A stretch of DNA of 64,000 nt from Hyphomicrobiales bacterium (GCA_021732625.1 JAKFUP010000025.1:335-64334), one strand, 5' to 3'. Numbered from the stretch's first letter, positions 36,932 through 46,618 are shown. Numbers and translations are program-made. Notes: generated from the letters alone by a model not told the origin.

Positions 36932-37203
36932 ATCGGCAATGCCCATGAAGACATGGCGAAAATTCAATGACACATACACATTTAGTGCATTGCAACGACT
37001 GGAGCGGATAGCGGGCTTGCGCTCCATCTGCAAGGGTGCCAATAGAACGATTCTGGACTGCATGTTTGACGCAAATTCGCTTGAACAGGTGGTCTTTCTG
37101 CCCTCGCGGAGGTCGCGGGTGCCGGTGGCCTTCCGCGGTTGCTCGCCTCGCGCGCACCCTCGGTGTGACGCCTCCGGCAGCAGATCGGAAAGGGACTGGA
37201 AAC

Positions 37204-37731
37204 GTGACGACTTCTTCGGCCGGACACGCGACACGCCGTGATTTCCTCTACGTAGCCACCGGCTCGGTCGCCGCGGTGGGAGCCGCCGCAGCAGCCTGGC
37301 CTTTGATTTATCAAATGAATCCGGACGCTTCGACCATCGCGGCGGGTGCCCCGATCGAAGTCGATCTGGCGCCCATCACTGACGGTCAGGCGATCAAGGT
37401 GTTCTGGCGCGGCAAGCCGATCTATATCTCGAACCGCACGAAGAAAGAGGTCGATGACGCGCGCAATGTGCAGTTGTCGAGCCTGCCCGATCCCCAAACC
37501 GACCAGCAGCGCACCAAGGACGGCCACGAGAAGTGGCTCGTCGTGATCGGCATCTGCACCCATCTCGGCTGCGTCCCGATCGCTCATGAAGGCAGCTACA
37601 ACGGCTTCTTCTGTCCGTGCCATGGTTCGGTCTACGACACCTCCGGCCGCATCCGCAGCGGTCCGGCGCCGACCAACCTGCCGGTGCCACCTTATGAATT
37701 CGTCTCCGATACCAAGATCAAGATCGGCTAA
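37204..37731 (+). CDS. petA: Ubiquinol-cytochrome c reductase Rieske iron-sulfur subunit
   Basis: Tat-like RRDFLY, Rieske boxes CTHLGC and CPCHGS. The GTG start is preceded by AAGGGA. Confidence 0.88.
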   Translation: MTTSSAGHATRRDFLYVATGSVAAVGAAAAAWPLIYQMNPDASTIAAGAPIEVDLAPITDGQAIKVFWRGKPIYISNRTKKEVDDARNVQLSSLPDPQTDQQRTKDGHEKWLVVIGICTHLGCVPIAHEGSYNGFFCPCHGSVYDTSGRIRSGPAPTNLPVPPYEFVSDTKIKIG

Positions 37732-37817
37732 GCCGGCCTCGGCCGAGCGCGCCAAATCTGACCGCCCGTAATCTGACCGCCCGTAATTTGACTGCCCAAG
37801 CTTTCCAGGATCGCACC

Positions 37818-39887
37818 ATGAGTGGACACTCCACCTTCGAGCCGACCAACCCGGTCATCAAATGGATCGAGCGGCGTCTGCCGATCTTCGGGCTGGTTCA
37901 TTCCTCGTTCGTGGCTTATCCGACGCCGCGCAACCTGAACTACTGGTGGACCTTCGGGGGTATTCTGTCGCTGATGCTGGGTGTGCAGATCATCACCGGC
38001 GTGATTCTGGCGATGCACTACACCCCGCACGTCGATTTCGCCTTCAAGTCGGTCGAAGGCATTGTCCGCGACGTCAACTACGGCTGGCTGCTGCGTTATC
38101 TGCACGCCAATGGCGCGTCGATGTTCTTCATCGCCGTCTACATCCATATGTTCCGCGGCCTGTATTACGGCTCATACAAGGAGCCGCGCGAGGTGCTCTG
38201 GATTTTGGGTGTCATCATCTACTTGCTGATGATGGCGACTGGCTTCATGGGTTATGTGCTGCCGTGGGGCCAGATGAGCTTCTGGGGCGCGACCGTCATC
38301 ACCAATCTGTTCTCGGCCATTCCTTACGTCGGCGAATCCATCGTGACGCTGCTGTGGGGTGGCTACTCGGTCGATAATCCAACACTCAACCGCTTCTTCT
38401 CGCTGCACTACTTGATGCCGTTCATGATTGCGGGCGTCGTCGTCCTGCACGTCTGGGCGCTGCATGTCGCCGGTCAGAATAATCCGGCCGGAGTCGAGGT
38501 CAAGAACGCAGAAAAGGACACCGTGCCATTCACGCCTTACGCGACCATCAAGGATGGCTTCGCGATGGTGTGCTTCATGCTGTTCTACGCATGGTTCGTG
38601 TTCTACATGCCGAACTTCCTCAACCATGCCGACAACTACATTCCCGCAAATCCCGGCGTGACTCCCGCGCACATCGTTCCTGAATGGTACTACCTGCCGT
38701 TCTACGCGATCCTGCGCGCGATCCCGAACAAGCTCGGCGGCGTCGTGGCGATGTTCAGCGCTATTATCGTGCTGGCGTTCCTGCCGTGGCTCGACAGCGC
38801 AAAGACCCGCTCGTCGCGCTATCGCCCGCTTGCCAAGCAGTTCTTCTGGATTTTCGTACTGGTCTGCATCCTGCTGGGCTGGCTCGGAGGCAAACCTGCC
38901 GAAGGCATCTACGTGATCGCAGCGCGCGTGGCGACGTTCTACTACTTCGCGCACTTCCTCATCGTTCTGCCGATCCTGAGCCGGATCGAGAAGCCGCGCG
39001 CGGTGCCGAACTCGATCGCCGACGACGTGTTGGCGAAGAACGGCAAGAAGGCGATGGCGTCGATTGCAGTGATGCTCGCCGTTGCCGGTGCGCTGTTCGC
39101 TGGCAGCGTGCAGGACGCGCGCGCGGCCGAAGGCGGGCCGGTGCCGCCGTCGGAGAAATGGTCGTTCGCAGGCCCGTTCGGCAAGTTCAATCAGCCGCAG
39201 CTGCAGCGCGGCCTCAAGATCTACAAGGAAGTCTGCTCGGCCTGCCACTCGCTGTCGTATATCGCGTTCCGCAATCTCGCCGATCAGGGCGGGCCGGGCT
39301 ACAACGCAGCTCAGGCTGCGGCGTTTGCCGAAGAGTACAAGGTCAAGGACGGCCCGAACGATGCGGGCGACATGTTCGAGCGCAACGGCCGCCCGGCTGA
39401 TCGCTTTCCGTCGCCATTCCCGAACGAGAATGCTGCGCGCTCGGCCAATGGCGGTGCGTATCCGCCGGACCTGTCGCTGATGGCGAAGGCGCGCTCCTAC
39501 GATCGCGGTTTCCCGCAGTTTCTGATCGATCTTGTCACCCAGTTCCAGGAGCAGGGCCCGAACTACGTGTCGGCGCTGTTGCAGGGTTATCAGGATGAGC
39601 CGCCGAAGGGTTTCGATCTGCCGCCTGGCTCCTATTACAACACCTACTTTCCGGGCCATTCGATCAAGATGCCGAAGCCGCTCAGCGACGGCCAGGTGAC
39701 CTACGATGACGGTTCGCCACAGACCGTTGCGCAGTACTCCAAGGACGTCACGGCGTTTCTGATGTGGACCGCGGAGCCGCATATGGAGGCGCGCAAACGT
39801 CTCGGCTTCCAGGTGATGCTGTTTCTCGCGATTTTCGCAGGGCTGATGTACTTCACCAAAAAGAAGGTCTGGGCGAACGCGCACTGA
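37818..39887 (+). CDS. fbcH: Fused cytochrome b / cytochrome c1 precursor
   Basis: The N-terminal about 400 aa are cytochrome b ([35 protein letters not shown]). The C-terminal part carries the c1 heme site CSACHS and a C-terminal TM helix. At 689 aa from the ATG at 37818, it matches the fusion gene known from Bradyrhizobium. Confidence 0.9.
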   Translation: MSGHSTFEPTNPVIKWIERRLPIFGLVHSSFVAYPTPRNLNYWWTFGGILSLMLGVQIITGVILAMHYTPHVDFAFKSVEGIVRDVNYGWLLRYLHANGASMFFIAVYIHMFRGLYYGSYKEPREVLWILGVIIYLLMMATGFMGYVLPWGQMSFWGATVITNLFSAIPYVGESIVTLLWGGYSVDNPTLNRFFSLHYLMPFMIAGVVVLHVWALHVAGQNNPAGVEVKNAEKDTVPFTPYATIKDGFAMVCFMLFYAWFVFYMPNFLNHADNYIPANPGVTPAHIVPEWYYLPFYAILRAIPNKLGGVVAMFSAIIVLAFLPWLDSAKTRSSRYRPLAKQFFWIFVLVCILLGWLGGKPAEGIYVIAARVATFYYFAHFLIVLPILSRIEKPRAVPNSIADDVLAKNGKKAMASIAVMLAVAGALFAGSVQDARAAEGGPVPPSEKWSFAGPFGKFNQPQLQRGLKIYKEVCSACHSLSYIAFRNLADQGGPGYNAAQAAAFAEEYKVKDGPNDAGDMFERNGRPADRFPSPFPNENAARSANGGAYPPDLSLMAKARSYDRGFPQFLIDLVTQFQEQGPNYVSALLQGYQDEPPKGFDLPPGSYYNTYFPGHSIKMPKPLSDGQVTYDDGSPQTVAQYSKDVTAFLMWTAEPHMEARKRLGFQVMLFLAIFAGLMYFTKKKVWANAH

Positions 39888-39908
39888 GCGCGACGTCTGA
39901 CCAAACAG

Positions 39909-39940
39909 AAGGCCCCGCAATGCGGGGCCTTTTCGTTTTG
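39909..39940 (+). terminator. Rho-independent terminator
   Basis: AAGGCCCCGC (39909-39918) pairs with GCGGGGCCTT (39922-39931) and is followed by TTCGTTTTG. Confidence 0.85.
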
Positions 39941-39960
39941 CGCTCCGTTGGTGTCCGGCG

Positions 39961-40455
39961 TCAGCGCTTGAACAGTCCCATGATCGCGGACTTCGCCAGC
40001 GTATTGAAATTCAGTTGAAATCCGACAATGGCAGCGGATGTATCGGCCTTGGCACGGATCTCGCCGCCGACCGCGAACACCGTAAACAGATAGCGGTGAG
40101 GGTGATCGCCTTCGGGCGGGCAGGGGCCGCCATAGCCGGGCGCGCCGAAGTCGGTGCGAGTTTGCAGCGCGCCCATTGGCATAGTGCTGCCGGCGCTGCC
40201 TGCGCCGACTGCGAGCTCGGTCACGTCCGCAGGAATGTTGATGGCCAGCCAGTGCCAGAAGCCGCTGCCGGTCGGCGCATCGGGATCGTAGCAGGTCACG
40301 GCGAAGCTCTTGGTTCCGGCCGGCGCGCCCGACCATTTCAGGTGCGGCGATTGATTGCCGCCGGCGCAGCCGAAGCCGAAATCCGCCGATAGGATGTGGT
40401 CTTTGGCAAGATAGTCGCCATCCTTGAAGCTGTTGCTGGTGACCTTGAACGTCAT
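39961..40455 (-). CDS. YbhB/YbcL-family (PEBP, Raf kinase inhibitor-like) protein
   Basis: 164 aa with YDPDAPTGSGFWHW and PPEGDHPHRYLFTVFA motifs of bacterial PEBP. Confidence 0.85.
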   Translation of the reverse strand: MTFKVTSNSFKDGDYLAKDHILSADFGFGCAGGNQSPHLKWSGAPAGTKSFAVTCYDPDAPTGSGFWHWLAINIPADVTELAVGAGSAGSTMPMGALQTRTDFGAPGYGGPCPPEGDHPHRYLFTVFAVGGEIRAKADTSAAIVGFQLNFNTLAKSAIMGLFKR

Positions 40456-40595
40456 GTGCTCCTCCCGTTTGTTTGTTGCCCCAAACCTAGCGGGGATATG
40501 ACGAACCGCAAATGGTCGAAGCGAGCTGGATGTGCGGCTGCTGCACGATCGGGGCGGGCTTGACTCGTTGTCCCGCCAATGATGGATTGCGCGCC

Positions 40596-40643
40596 ATGAG
40601 CACCGTCGCCCGCCAATCCCGTCTCTGGTGGCCCACCTCCTAA
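40596..40643 (+). CDS. trpL: Tryptophan-operon leader peptide (15 aa, MSTVARQSRLWWPTS)
   Basis: Small ORF, too short for the ORF track. It has tandem TGG TGG codons at 40626-40631 and a TAA stop at 40641-40643. A terminator hairpin and then trpE(G) lie downstream. Confidence 0.65.
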   Translation: MSTVARQSRLWWPTS

Positions 40644-40682
40644 GGGTGGCCGGTGCGATTTATTGAAAATTCAATCGTCATC

Positions 40683-40720
40683 AAGGCCGTCCGCGCAGTG
40701 CGACGGCCTTCTGTTCGTTT
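40683..40720 (+). terminator. Attenuator terminator upstream of trpE(G)
   Basis: AAGGCCGTC (40683-40691) pairs perfectly with GACGGCCTT (40702-40710), plus 2 inner bp. It is followed by CTGTTCGTTTG and lies 34 nt before the trpE(G) ATG. Confidence 0.65.
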
Positions 40721-40753
40721 GCCCTGCGTGTTAGCGAGTTTCGCGAGGAAACA

Positions 40754-42910
40754 ATGAACAGAGCGATATTCTCTCTTCCCGAGCATAGCGAGTTTCGCAC
40801 CGCCAGCGGTCTTGCGATCCTGCGCCATGTTGAGCCGTTTACCGGCGGTGCCAAGCTCGATGCGCTGATCGATCTGCTCGATCGCCGCCGCGGCATCGTG
40901 CTGTCGTCGGGCACCACCGTGCCGGGGCGTTACGAGAGTTTCGACTTCGGATTCTCCGATCCGCCGTTGCGGCTGGAATCGACCGGCACGGAATTCTTCA
41001 TCGATGCGTTGAACGCGCGCGGCAAAATTCTGATCGCGTGTCTCGCCGACACGCTCGCCGAGCAGTGCGTCGTCTTCACCGCGAAAACCGCAACGCGGCT
41101 CACCGGACATATTCTGCGCGGTGAAGCGCCAGTGGATGAGGATCAGCGCACCCGCCGCGCCAGCATCATGTCGCTGGTGCGCGACATCATCGCGCAACTG
41201 TCTTGCGGCGGCGATCCGCTGCTCGGGCTTTACGGCGCGTTCGGCTACGATCTGGTGTTTCAGGTCGAAGATCTCGTGCAGAAGCGTGCGCGCGAAGCCG
41301 ATCAGCGCGATATCGTTCTCTACATTCCGGATCGGCTCCTGGCCTACGATCGCGCCACCGGACGCGGTGTGATCCTGAGCTACGATTATGTCTGGAAGGA
41401 CCAGTCGACGGCTAGTCTCAGCCGCGAGACACCGGACAGTGCCTATGTGAAAGCGCCGCGCCAAGGTTTCGCCGATCATGCGCCCGGCGTTTATCAGGCC
41501 ACGGTGCAGAAGGCGCGCGAGGCATTCGCGCGCGGCGATCTGTTCGAGGCCGTGCCGGGGCAATTGTTTGCCGAGCCTTGTGACCGCTCGCCGGCGGAAG
41601 TTTTTCAGCGGCTATGCAAGATCAATCCGTCGCCCTATGGCGGCCTGCTCAATCTCGGCGATGGCGAGTTTCTGGTATCTGCTTCGCCGGAAATGTTCGT
41701 GCGCAGCGACGGCAAGCGGGTCGAGACCTGTCCGATTTCCGGCACCATTGCGCGCGGCAAGGATGCAATCGGCGACGCCGAACAGATTCGCGAATTGCTC
41801 AACTCGGAAAAAGACGAGTTTGAGCTCAACATGTGCACCGACGTCGACCGCAACGACAAGGCGCGCATCTGCGTGCCGGGCTCGATCAAGGTGCTGGCGC
41901 GCCGACAGATCGAAACCTATTCGAAGCTGTTTCACACCGTCGATCATGTCGAAGGCATGCTGCGGCCGGGCTTCGACTCGCTCGACGCATTCCTCACCCA
42001 CGCATGGGCGGTGACCGTCACCGGTGCGCCGAAACTGTGGGCGATGCAATTCGTCGAGGATCACGAACGCTCGCCGCGCCGCTGGTATGCCGGCGCGTTC
42101 GGGCTCGTCGGCTTTGACGGCAGCATCAACACCGGGCTCACGCTGCGCACGATCCGCATGAAAGAGGGATTGGCAGAAGTGCGTGTCGGCGCAACTTGCC
42201 TTTTCGACAGCGATCCGGTCGCCGAAGAAAAAGAATGCCAGACCAAGGCGGCTGCGCTGTTTCAGGCGCTGCGCGGCGATCCGCCGAAGCCGTTGTCGGC
42301 CTCGCAGCCCGATGCGACGGGCTCCGGCAAGAGGGTGCTGTTGATCGACCACGAGGATTCCTTCGTGCACATGCTGGCGGATTATTTCCGTCAGGTCGGC
42401 GCCAGCGTCAGCGTGACGCGGCATACCCACGCGCTCGATATGCTGAAGAAAAATTCCTACGATCTGCTGGTGCTGTCGCCGGGGCCGGGACGTCCGGAGG
42501 ATTTCAACATCGCGAGGACGCTCGATGCCGCACTGGAAAAGAAAATGCCGGTGTTTGGCGTTTGTCTCGGCGTGCAGGCGATCGGCGAGTATTTCGGCGG
42601 CCGGCTCGGGCAGTTGAAGCAACCGGCACATGGCCGCCCGTCGCGGGTTCAGGTGCGCGGTGGCGCGCTGATGCAAAATCTGCCCAATGAGGTGGTGATC
42701 GGCCGTTATCATTCGCTGTTCGTCGAGCGCGACAGCATGCCGGATGTGCTGCAAGTGACAGCAACAACTGAGGACGGCGTTGCGATGGCCATCGAGCACA
42801 AGACGCTTCCTGTCGGCGGTGTGCAGTTTCACCCGGAGTCGCTGATGTCGCTCGGCGGCGAGGTGGGTCTGCGCATTGTCGAGAACGCGTTCCGGATGGG
42901 TGCGCGTTGA
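40754..42910 (+). CDS. trpE: Anthranilate synthase, fused component I/II TrpE(G)
   Basis: 718 aa. The N-terminal chorismate-binding domain has SPEMFVR, GTIARG, MCTDVDRNDKARI and GAPKLWAMQFVE. The C-terminal GATase has VFGVCLGVQA and GVQFHPES. Confidence 0.92.
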   Translation: MNRAIFSLPEHSEFRTASGLAILRHVEPFTGGAKLDALIDLLDRRRGIVLSSGTTVPGRYESFDFGFSDPPLRLESTGTEFFIDALNARGKILIACLADTLAEQCVVFTAKTATRLTGHILRGEAPVDEDQRTRRASIMSLVRDIIAQLSCGGDPLLGLYGAFGYDLVFQVEDLVQKRAREADQRDIVLYIPDRLLAYDRATGRGVILSYDYVWKDQSTASLSRETPDSAYVKAPRQGFADHAPGVYQATVQKAREAFARGDLFEAVPGQLFAEPCDRSPAEVFQRLCKINPSPYGGLLNLGDGEFLVSASPEMFVRSDGKRVETCPISGTIARGKDAIGDAEQIRELLNSEKDEFELNMCTDVDRNDKARICVPGSIKVLARRQIETYSKLFHTVDHVEGMLRPGFDSLDAFLTHAWAVTVTGAPKLWAMQFVEDHERSPRRWYAGAFGLVGFDGSINTGLTLRTIRMKEGLAEVRVGATCLFDSDPVAEEKECQTKAAALFQALRGDPPKPLSASQPDATGSGKRVLLIDHEDSFVHMLADYFRQVGASVSVTRHTHALDMLKKNSYDLLVLSPGPGRPEDFNIARTLDAALEKKMPVFGVCLGVQAIGEYFGGRLGQLKQPAHGRPSRVQVRGGALMQNLPNEVVIGRYHSLFVERDSMPDVLQVTATTEDGVAMAIEHKTLPVGGVQFHPESLMSLGGEVGLRIVENAFRMGAR

Positions 42911-42970
42911 CGGATACATGTCATTGAGAGCCATCGGCTCTTGAGTTTTCATTTTCAAGAAGAGACATCG

Positions 42971-43519
42971 ATGAACACCTCTGATTTCGAAGCTGACCTC
43001 AACGCCGCCATCCGCACCATCCCGGATTATCCGAAGCCCGGGATCATGTTTCGTGACATCACGACGTTGCTTGGCAATGCGCGGGCGTTTCGCCGCGCGA
43101 TCGACGAGATGGTGCAGCCTTGGGCCGGGTCCAAGATTGACAAGGTTGCGGGTATCGAGGCGCGGGGCTTCATACTTGGCGGTGCGGTGGCGCATCAGGT
43201 CTCGGCTGGGTTCGTGCCGATCCGCAAGAAGGGCAAGCTGCCGCATACTACTGTGCGGATCGCCTATTCGCTGGAGTACGGCCTCGACGAGATGGAAATG
43301 CATGCCGACGCGATCACGCCCGGCGAGCGGGTCATTCTGGTCGATGACCTGATCGCGACCGGCGGCACCGCTGAGGGCGCGGTCAAGCTGATGCGCCAGA
43401 TCGGGGCGGATGTGGTCGCTGCATGCTTCGTGATCGATCTTCCGGATCTGGGCGGTGCCGACAAAATTCGCGCGCTCGGCGTTCCGGTGCGGACACTGAT
43501 TTCATTCGGCGGGCATTGA
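42971..43519 (+). CDS. apt: Adenine phosphoribosyltransferase
   Basis: [21 protein letters not shown] and the PRPP motif [14 protein letters not shown]. The start at MNTS (42971) gives a typical length of about 182 aa. Confidence 0.9.
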   Translation: MNTSDFEADLNAAIRTIPDYPKPGIMFRDITTLLGNARAFRRAIDEMVQPWAGSKIDKVAGIEARGFILGGAVAHQVSAGFVPIRKKGKLPHTTVRIAYSLEYGLDEMEMHADAITPGERVILVDDLIATGGTAEGAVKLMRQIGADVVAACFVIDLPDLGGADKIRALGVPVRTLISFGGH

Positions 43520-43531
43520 CACCGTCCTTCG

Positions 43532-43666
43532 GTGTCGTCCCCGCGAAAGCGGGGACCCATACGCCGCGGCGAGAGTGTGGTGGACGGCGAAAATGGCTCT
43601 GCAGCTTTTGTCGAAAATCTCAATTGATACAGTGGTTATGGGTCCCCGCTTTCGCGGGGACGACAC
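43532..43666. repeat. Palindromic element, family 3, with perfect 29-bp inverted arms
   Basis: GTGTCGTCCCCGCGAAAGCGGGGACCCAT (43532-43560) is the exact reverse complement of 43638-43666. Each arm also contains its own hairpin, TCCCCGC-GAAA-GCGGGGA. Confidence 0.9.
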
Positions 43667-43696
43667 TTTATTCGAGTGGGTGCTTTGCGTTCACGA

Positions 43697-44365
43697 TCAA
43701 GATCGATGCGCGTCGAGATTGGTTTCCAGTTCGCGGAACTGCATGTAGTTATCGCCAATCCAGTCATACAGTTCGGATGACTTGTTCTGCGGCGCGCGCA
43801 GGAATTCGGTGAACGAGAAGTTGAGCCGGCTGGTGTAGCTTTTCAGGAATGGCTGCAACGCCGGAATTCGCATCCGGCGCACGCTGCGGAAAGCAGCCGG
43901 TAGATCGCCGCGCAGGATGTGCTCGTTCTCGACTGCAATGATTGCGGTGGTCGGGTTGAGTTTTCGAAGTTCGCTAAATGCACGTACCGACACGCGATCC
44001 GTGTCGGCGACGAACAGAACGATCGGTTCGACGCCGCGCCTTTGCGCTTCCTTGATGAAGCCGATCTCGCCGGTCAGTTTGAAGAAGCCATCGAACGCAT
44101 GAAAGCCGAGGTCGATGACCTTTGCGACGCCGTCGTTGATGACCAGCCGGTCCATCAAGTCCATCTGGCCGAACGTATCGTCGATCGCCGCCGTCTCGGT
44201 AATGCGCGGGTGAAAATCCACCAATGACGGTTCGTTCAGGGTGATGTCGAACGCGTTCACCGATCCGCGGTGCAGGATCAGGAACTCACACAGCAATCGC
44301 GCGACCAGCGTTTTGCCGACCTGCGGGCGGGGCGAGCAGATGATGTAAACGGGCGTCCGGCGCAT
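43697..44365 (-). CDS. ParA/TraL-like P-loop protein with degenerate Walker A (paralogue of the next gene)
   Basis: 222 aa from MRRTPVYIICSPRPQVGKTLV. It shares FD..(N11)..FHP.ITE and VID motifs with the 251-aa neighbour. The track ORF is over-extended into a repeat element. Confidence 0.6.
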   Translation of the reverse strand: MRRTPVYIICSPRPQVGKTLVARLLCEFLILHRGSVNAFDITLNEPSLVDFHPRITETAAIDDTFGQMDLMDRLVINDGVAKVIDLGFHAFDGFFKLTGEIGFIKEAQRRGVEPIVLFVADTDRVSVRAFSELRKLNPTTAIIAVENEHILRGDLPAAFRSVRRMRIPALQPFLKSYTSRLNFSFTEFLRAPQNKSSELYDWIGDNYMQFRELETNLDAHRS

Positions 44366-44403
44366 TTTTATGGCTACTGTCAGCGATGCCGGCGCGTATT
44401 GTG

Positions 44404-44493
44404 CGTCATGGCCGGGCTTGTCCCGGCCATCCACGCCTTAATTGATGCAGCGCTGTCAAGACGTGGATGCCCGGCACGAGGCCGGGCATGACG
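44404..44493. repeat. Palindromic element, family 2 (CGTCATGGCCGGGC...CCACG ... CGTGGATGCCCGG...GGGCATGACG)
   Basis: Inverted arms, each carrying a GGCCGGG..CCCGGCC-type hairpin. A second copy lies at 55030-55115. Confidence 0.85.
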
Positions 44494-44509
44494 GAAAAAA
44501 TTTGTGGGG

Positions 44510-45265
44510 CTATTTTTCGCCGCTCTTGGTCTTGGATTCCTTCGCGCCGACGATATCGGTCAGCTTGATTCGGTCGAACTCACTCCAGACGTTGGCCAGC
44601 CAGTGGCGGACATAGCCGCGCAGCACGAACGAGTTGTTGGCGGCCTCGTCATGCAGGCCCTTGTTGGCGACGAATTTCAGGAACGGAACGGAGGCCACTT
44701 CGACCTGTTCGTAAGCCATTTCGTTGAGCTTCGGAATCGTGATTTCGACAGCGTCCTTGATGCGGTGGAAGTAGGAGTTGTAGGTCGCCTGATCCCACTC
44801 GAAGAAGCTCGTATTGTTGATGAAGTTCTTCACCAGGAAATACTTCGCTCCGGTCATGAATCCGGCAGTCTCGGCGATTTCATCGAGCGAGGCGATCGAG
44901 GGGCCGAGGATATGGAACACCGCGAATGTGATCTGGCCCTGACGCGCCGCATCGAGGAAGCCGATGTCGCGCAGCGAGGCGAGGGCCGGGGACAACAGTC
45001 CGGCGCGGACGTCGATCACGGTGACTGAGGTCTCCGAAGTGTTGAGCGTATCGAAAATCTTCATCTGGTCCGATGTCGTCGTCATGTCGACGATCTCGGT
45101 GATGTCCGGGTGGAAGCGCTTCAGCGTGCCGCGCGGGCTCTCGGTGTCGAACGCCCGGATCGGGACGTTGTTGGCGCTGAAATAATCAAGAACCGTCCGT
45201 GACACGGTGGTCTTGCCGACCCCGCCCTTGTCCGCGCCGACGACGATAACTGCTGGCTTTGCCAT
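44510..45265 (-). CDS. ParA/MinD-superfamily P-loop ATPase, TraL-like
   Basis: 251 aa with deviant Walker A VGADKGGVGKTT and a Walker B-like VTVIDVRAG. The overall layout resembles IncP TraL-type proteins, from recollection. Confidence 0.65.
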   Translation of the reverse strand: MAKPAVIVVGADKGGVGKTTVSRTVLDYFSANNVPIRAFDTESPRGTLKRFHPDITEIVDMTTTSDQMKIFDTLNTSETSVTVIDVRAGLLSPALASLRDIGFLDAARQGQITFAVFHILGPSIASLDEIAETAGFMTGAKYFLVKNFINNTSFFEWDQATYNSYFHRIKDAVEITIPKLNEMAYEQVEVASVPFLKFVANKGLHDEAANNSFVLRGYVRHWLANVWSEFDRIKLTDIVGAKESKTKSGEK

Positions 45266-45441
45266 GAGTGTCCTTTGTGCAGCGCCCTTGCCGGAGTGAC
45301 CGTGGCCTGAGCGTCCCCACGCCCTGCATCAGATCGGAACATGGCAGAAACATGGGATATTTCAATTCGTTCGTCCGCCAGATGCCGGAAACCGGGAGAA
45401 TTCGTTAACGGCCGCCGGGGATTGGCGCCCGTAGCGGGAAT

Positions 45442-46599
45442 TCAGCGCCGTCCCCATGGGCTTAGCACCTTGCCCCACGGCGAGCTGGGAGGCGTCGCTG
45501 GTGGCTGCGCGGGTGCATCGGCCCGGCTTTGGGGGCTGCCGGTATTTGCCTCATTTGTTGGTCCGAGACTTTTCATCCGGCCGATATCGTGGCCCCCGGC
45601 AAATTGCACCAGCGCCTTGACGCGGGAATCGATCGACGGATGGGTTGCGAACAAATCCGCAAAGCCTTCACGCGGGTTGTCGATGCACATTTCCATCACC
45701 GCCGACGTTGCGCCTTCCAGCTCGCCGCGGTTCTCGATCTTGCGCAGCGCCGAAATCATCGCATCCGGATTTTTGGTGAGTTCCACCGAGCCCGCGTCGG
45801 CGAGCAGTTCGCGGGATCGCGACAGGGCAAACCGGACCACCAGCGACAGCCCCCAGGCCAGCATGATCAGCGCCACCGCGAGAATGACGATGACCACCGC
45901 GCCGCCGCCACCGCCCTTGCTGTCGCGGCTGGAGGAGGATGAAGACGAGGAGGACGATGAGCTTGAGGAACCGCCGCCGCCGCCGAAACTCCAGTTCGAG
46001 CGAAAGAAAATCCGGAAAAACATTTCCCCGAAGAAGCCGACCACACCGGCGATGATGACGGCGATCACCATCAACTGAACGTCACCGTTGCGGATGTGGG
46101 TCAGCTCGTGGCCGAGCACGGCCTCCATCTCCTGATCGTTCAGCGATCGCAACAACCCAGTGGTGACCGTGATGGAGTATTGCCGCTGATTGAGCCCCGT
46201 GGCGAACGCATTCAGAGCGTCGCTCTCCATCATCTTCAGCTTCGGCATCGGAATGCCGCGCGAGATGCAGAGATTTTCGAGCAGGTTATAAAGCCGCGGC
46301 TGCTCGGTGCGGCTTACGTCATGTCCGCCGGTGACCGCGTCGATCAGGTTCTGGTGGAAGAAATACGCAATCACGATCCACAGCCCGGACGCGATGGTCG
46401 CGATCGGAAACGCTTTCACCAGATCGCGCGAAGCAGCGGCGATGTAATAGTCCACTGACCGGTCGGTATCGAGCACGACTTCCGCGATCAACGCACCCGC
46501 GAACACGAGCACATAGATCAGGACGAACAGCCCGGCGAGCAGCACCATCGAACGAACCTTGTTCGAGGCGATGTGGGTATAGAGACCGTAGGCGGCCAT
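45442..46599 (-). CDS. M48-family zinc metallopeptidase (HtpX-like) with internal Gly/Ser low-complexity insert
   Basis: HELTHIRNGD (HExxH), multiple TM helices, and the insert GGGGSSSSSSSSSSSSSSRDSKGGGGG. It lies downstream of lemA. Confidence 0.8.
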   Translation of the reverse strand: MAAYGLYTHIASNKVRSMVLLAGLFVLIYVLVFAGALIAEVVLDTDRSVDYYIAAASRDLVKAFPIATIASGLWIVIAYFFHQNLIDAVTGGHDVSRTEQPRLYNLLENLCISRGIPMPKLKMMESDALNAFATGLNQRQYSITVTTGLLRSLNDQEMEAVLGHELTHIRNGDVQLMVIAVIIAGVVGFFGEMFFRIFFRSNWSFGGGGGSSSSSSSSSSSSSSRDSKGGGGGAVVIVILAVALIMLAWGLSLVVRFALSRSRELLADAGSVELTKNPDAMISALRKIENRGELEGATSAVMEMCIDNPREGFADLFATHPSIDSRVKALVQFAGGHDIGRMKSLGPTNEANTGSPQSRADAPAQPPATPPSSPWGKVLSPWGRR

Positions 46600-46618
46600 A
46601 TGGGACGACCTTATGGGC

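Noticed and set aside
37066-37079. TTGACGCAAATTCG upstream of fbcF as an FNR/FixK box (TTGAT-N4-ATCAA).
   Set aside because: The right half-site ATTCG matches ATCAA poorly, so this is probably a chance match.
40581-40601. Alternative mini-ORF ATGATGGATTGCGCGCCATGA overlapping the trpL start.
   Set aside because: It has only 6 codons, contains no Trp codons, and is out of frame with the WW peptide. The 15-codon ORF fits the attenuator model better.
45901-45985. Poly-Ser/Gly coding tract in the M48 peptidase as a phase-variation (slipped-strand) switch.
   Set aside because: The run uses mixed Ser and Gly codons rather than a homopolymer or perfect short tandem repeat, so on/off frameshifting is unlikely. 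I kept it only as a possible length polymorphism.
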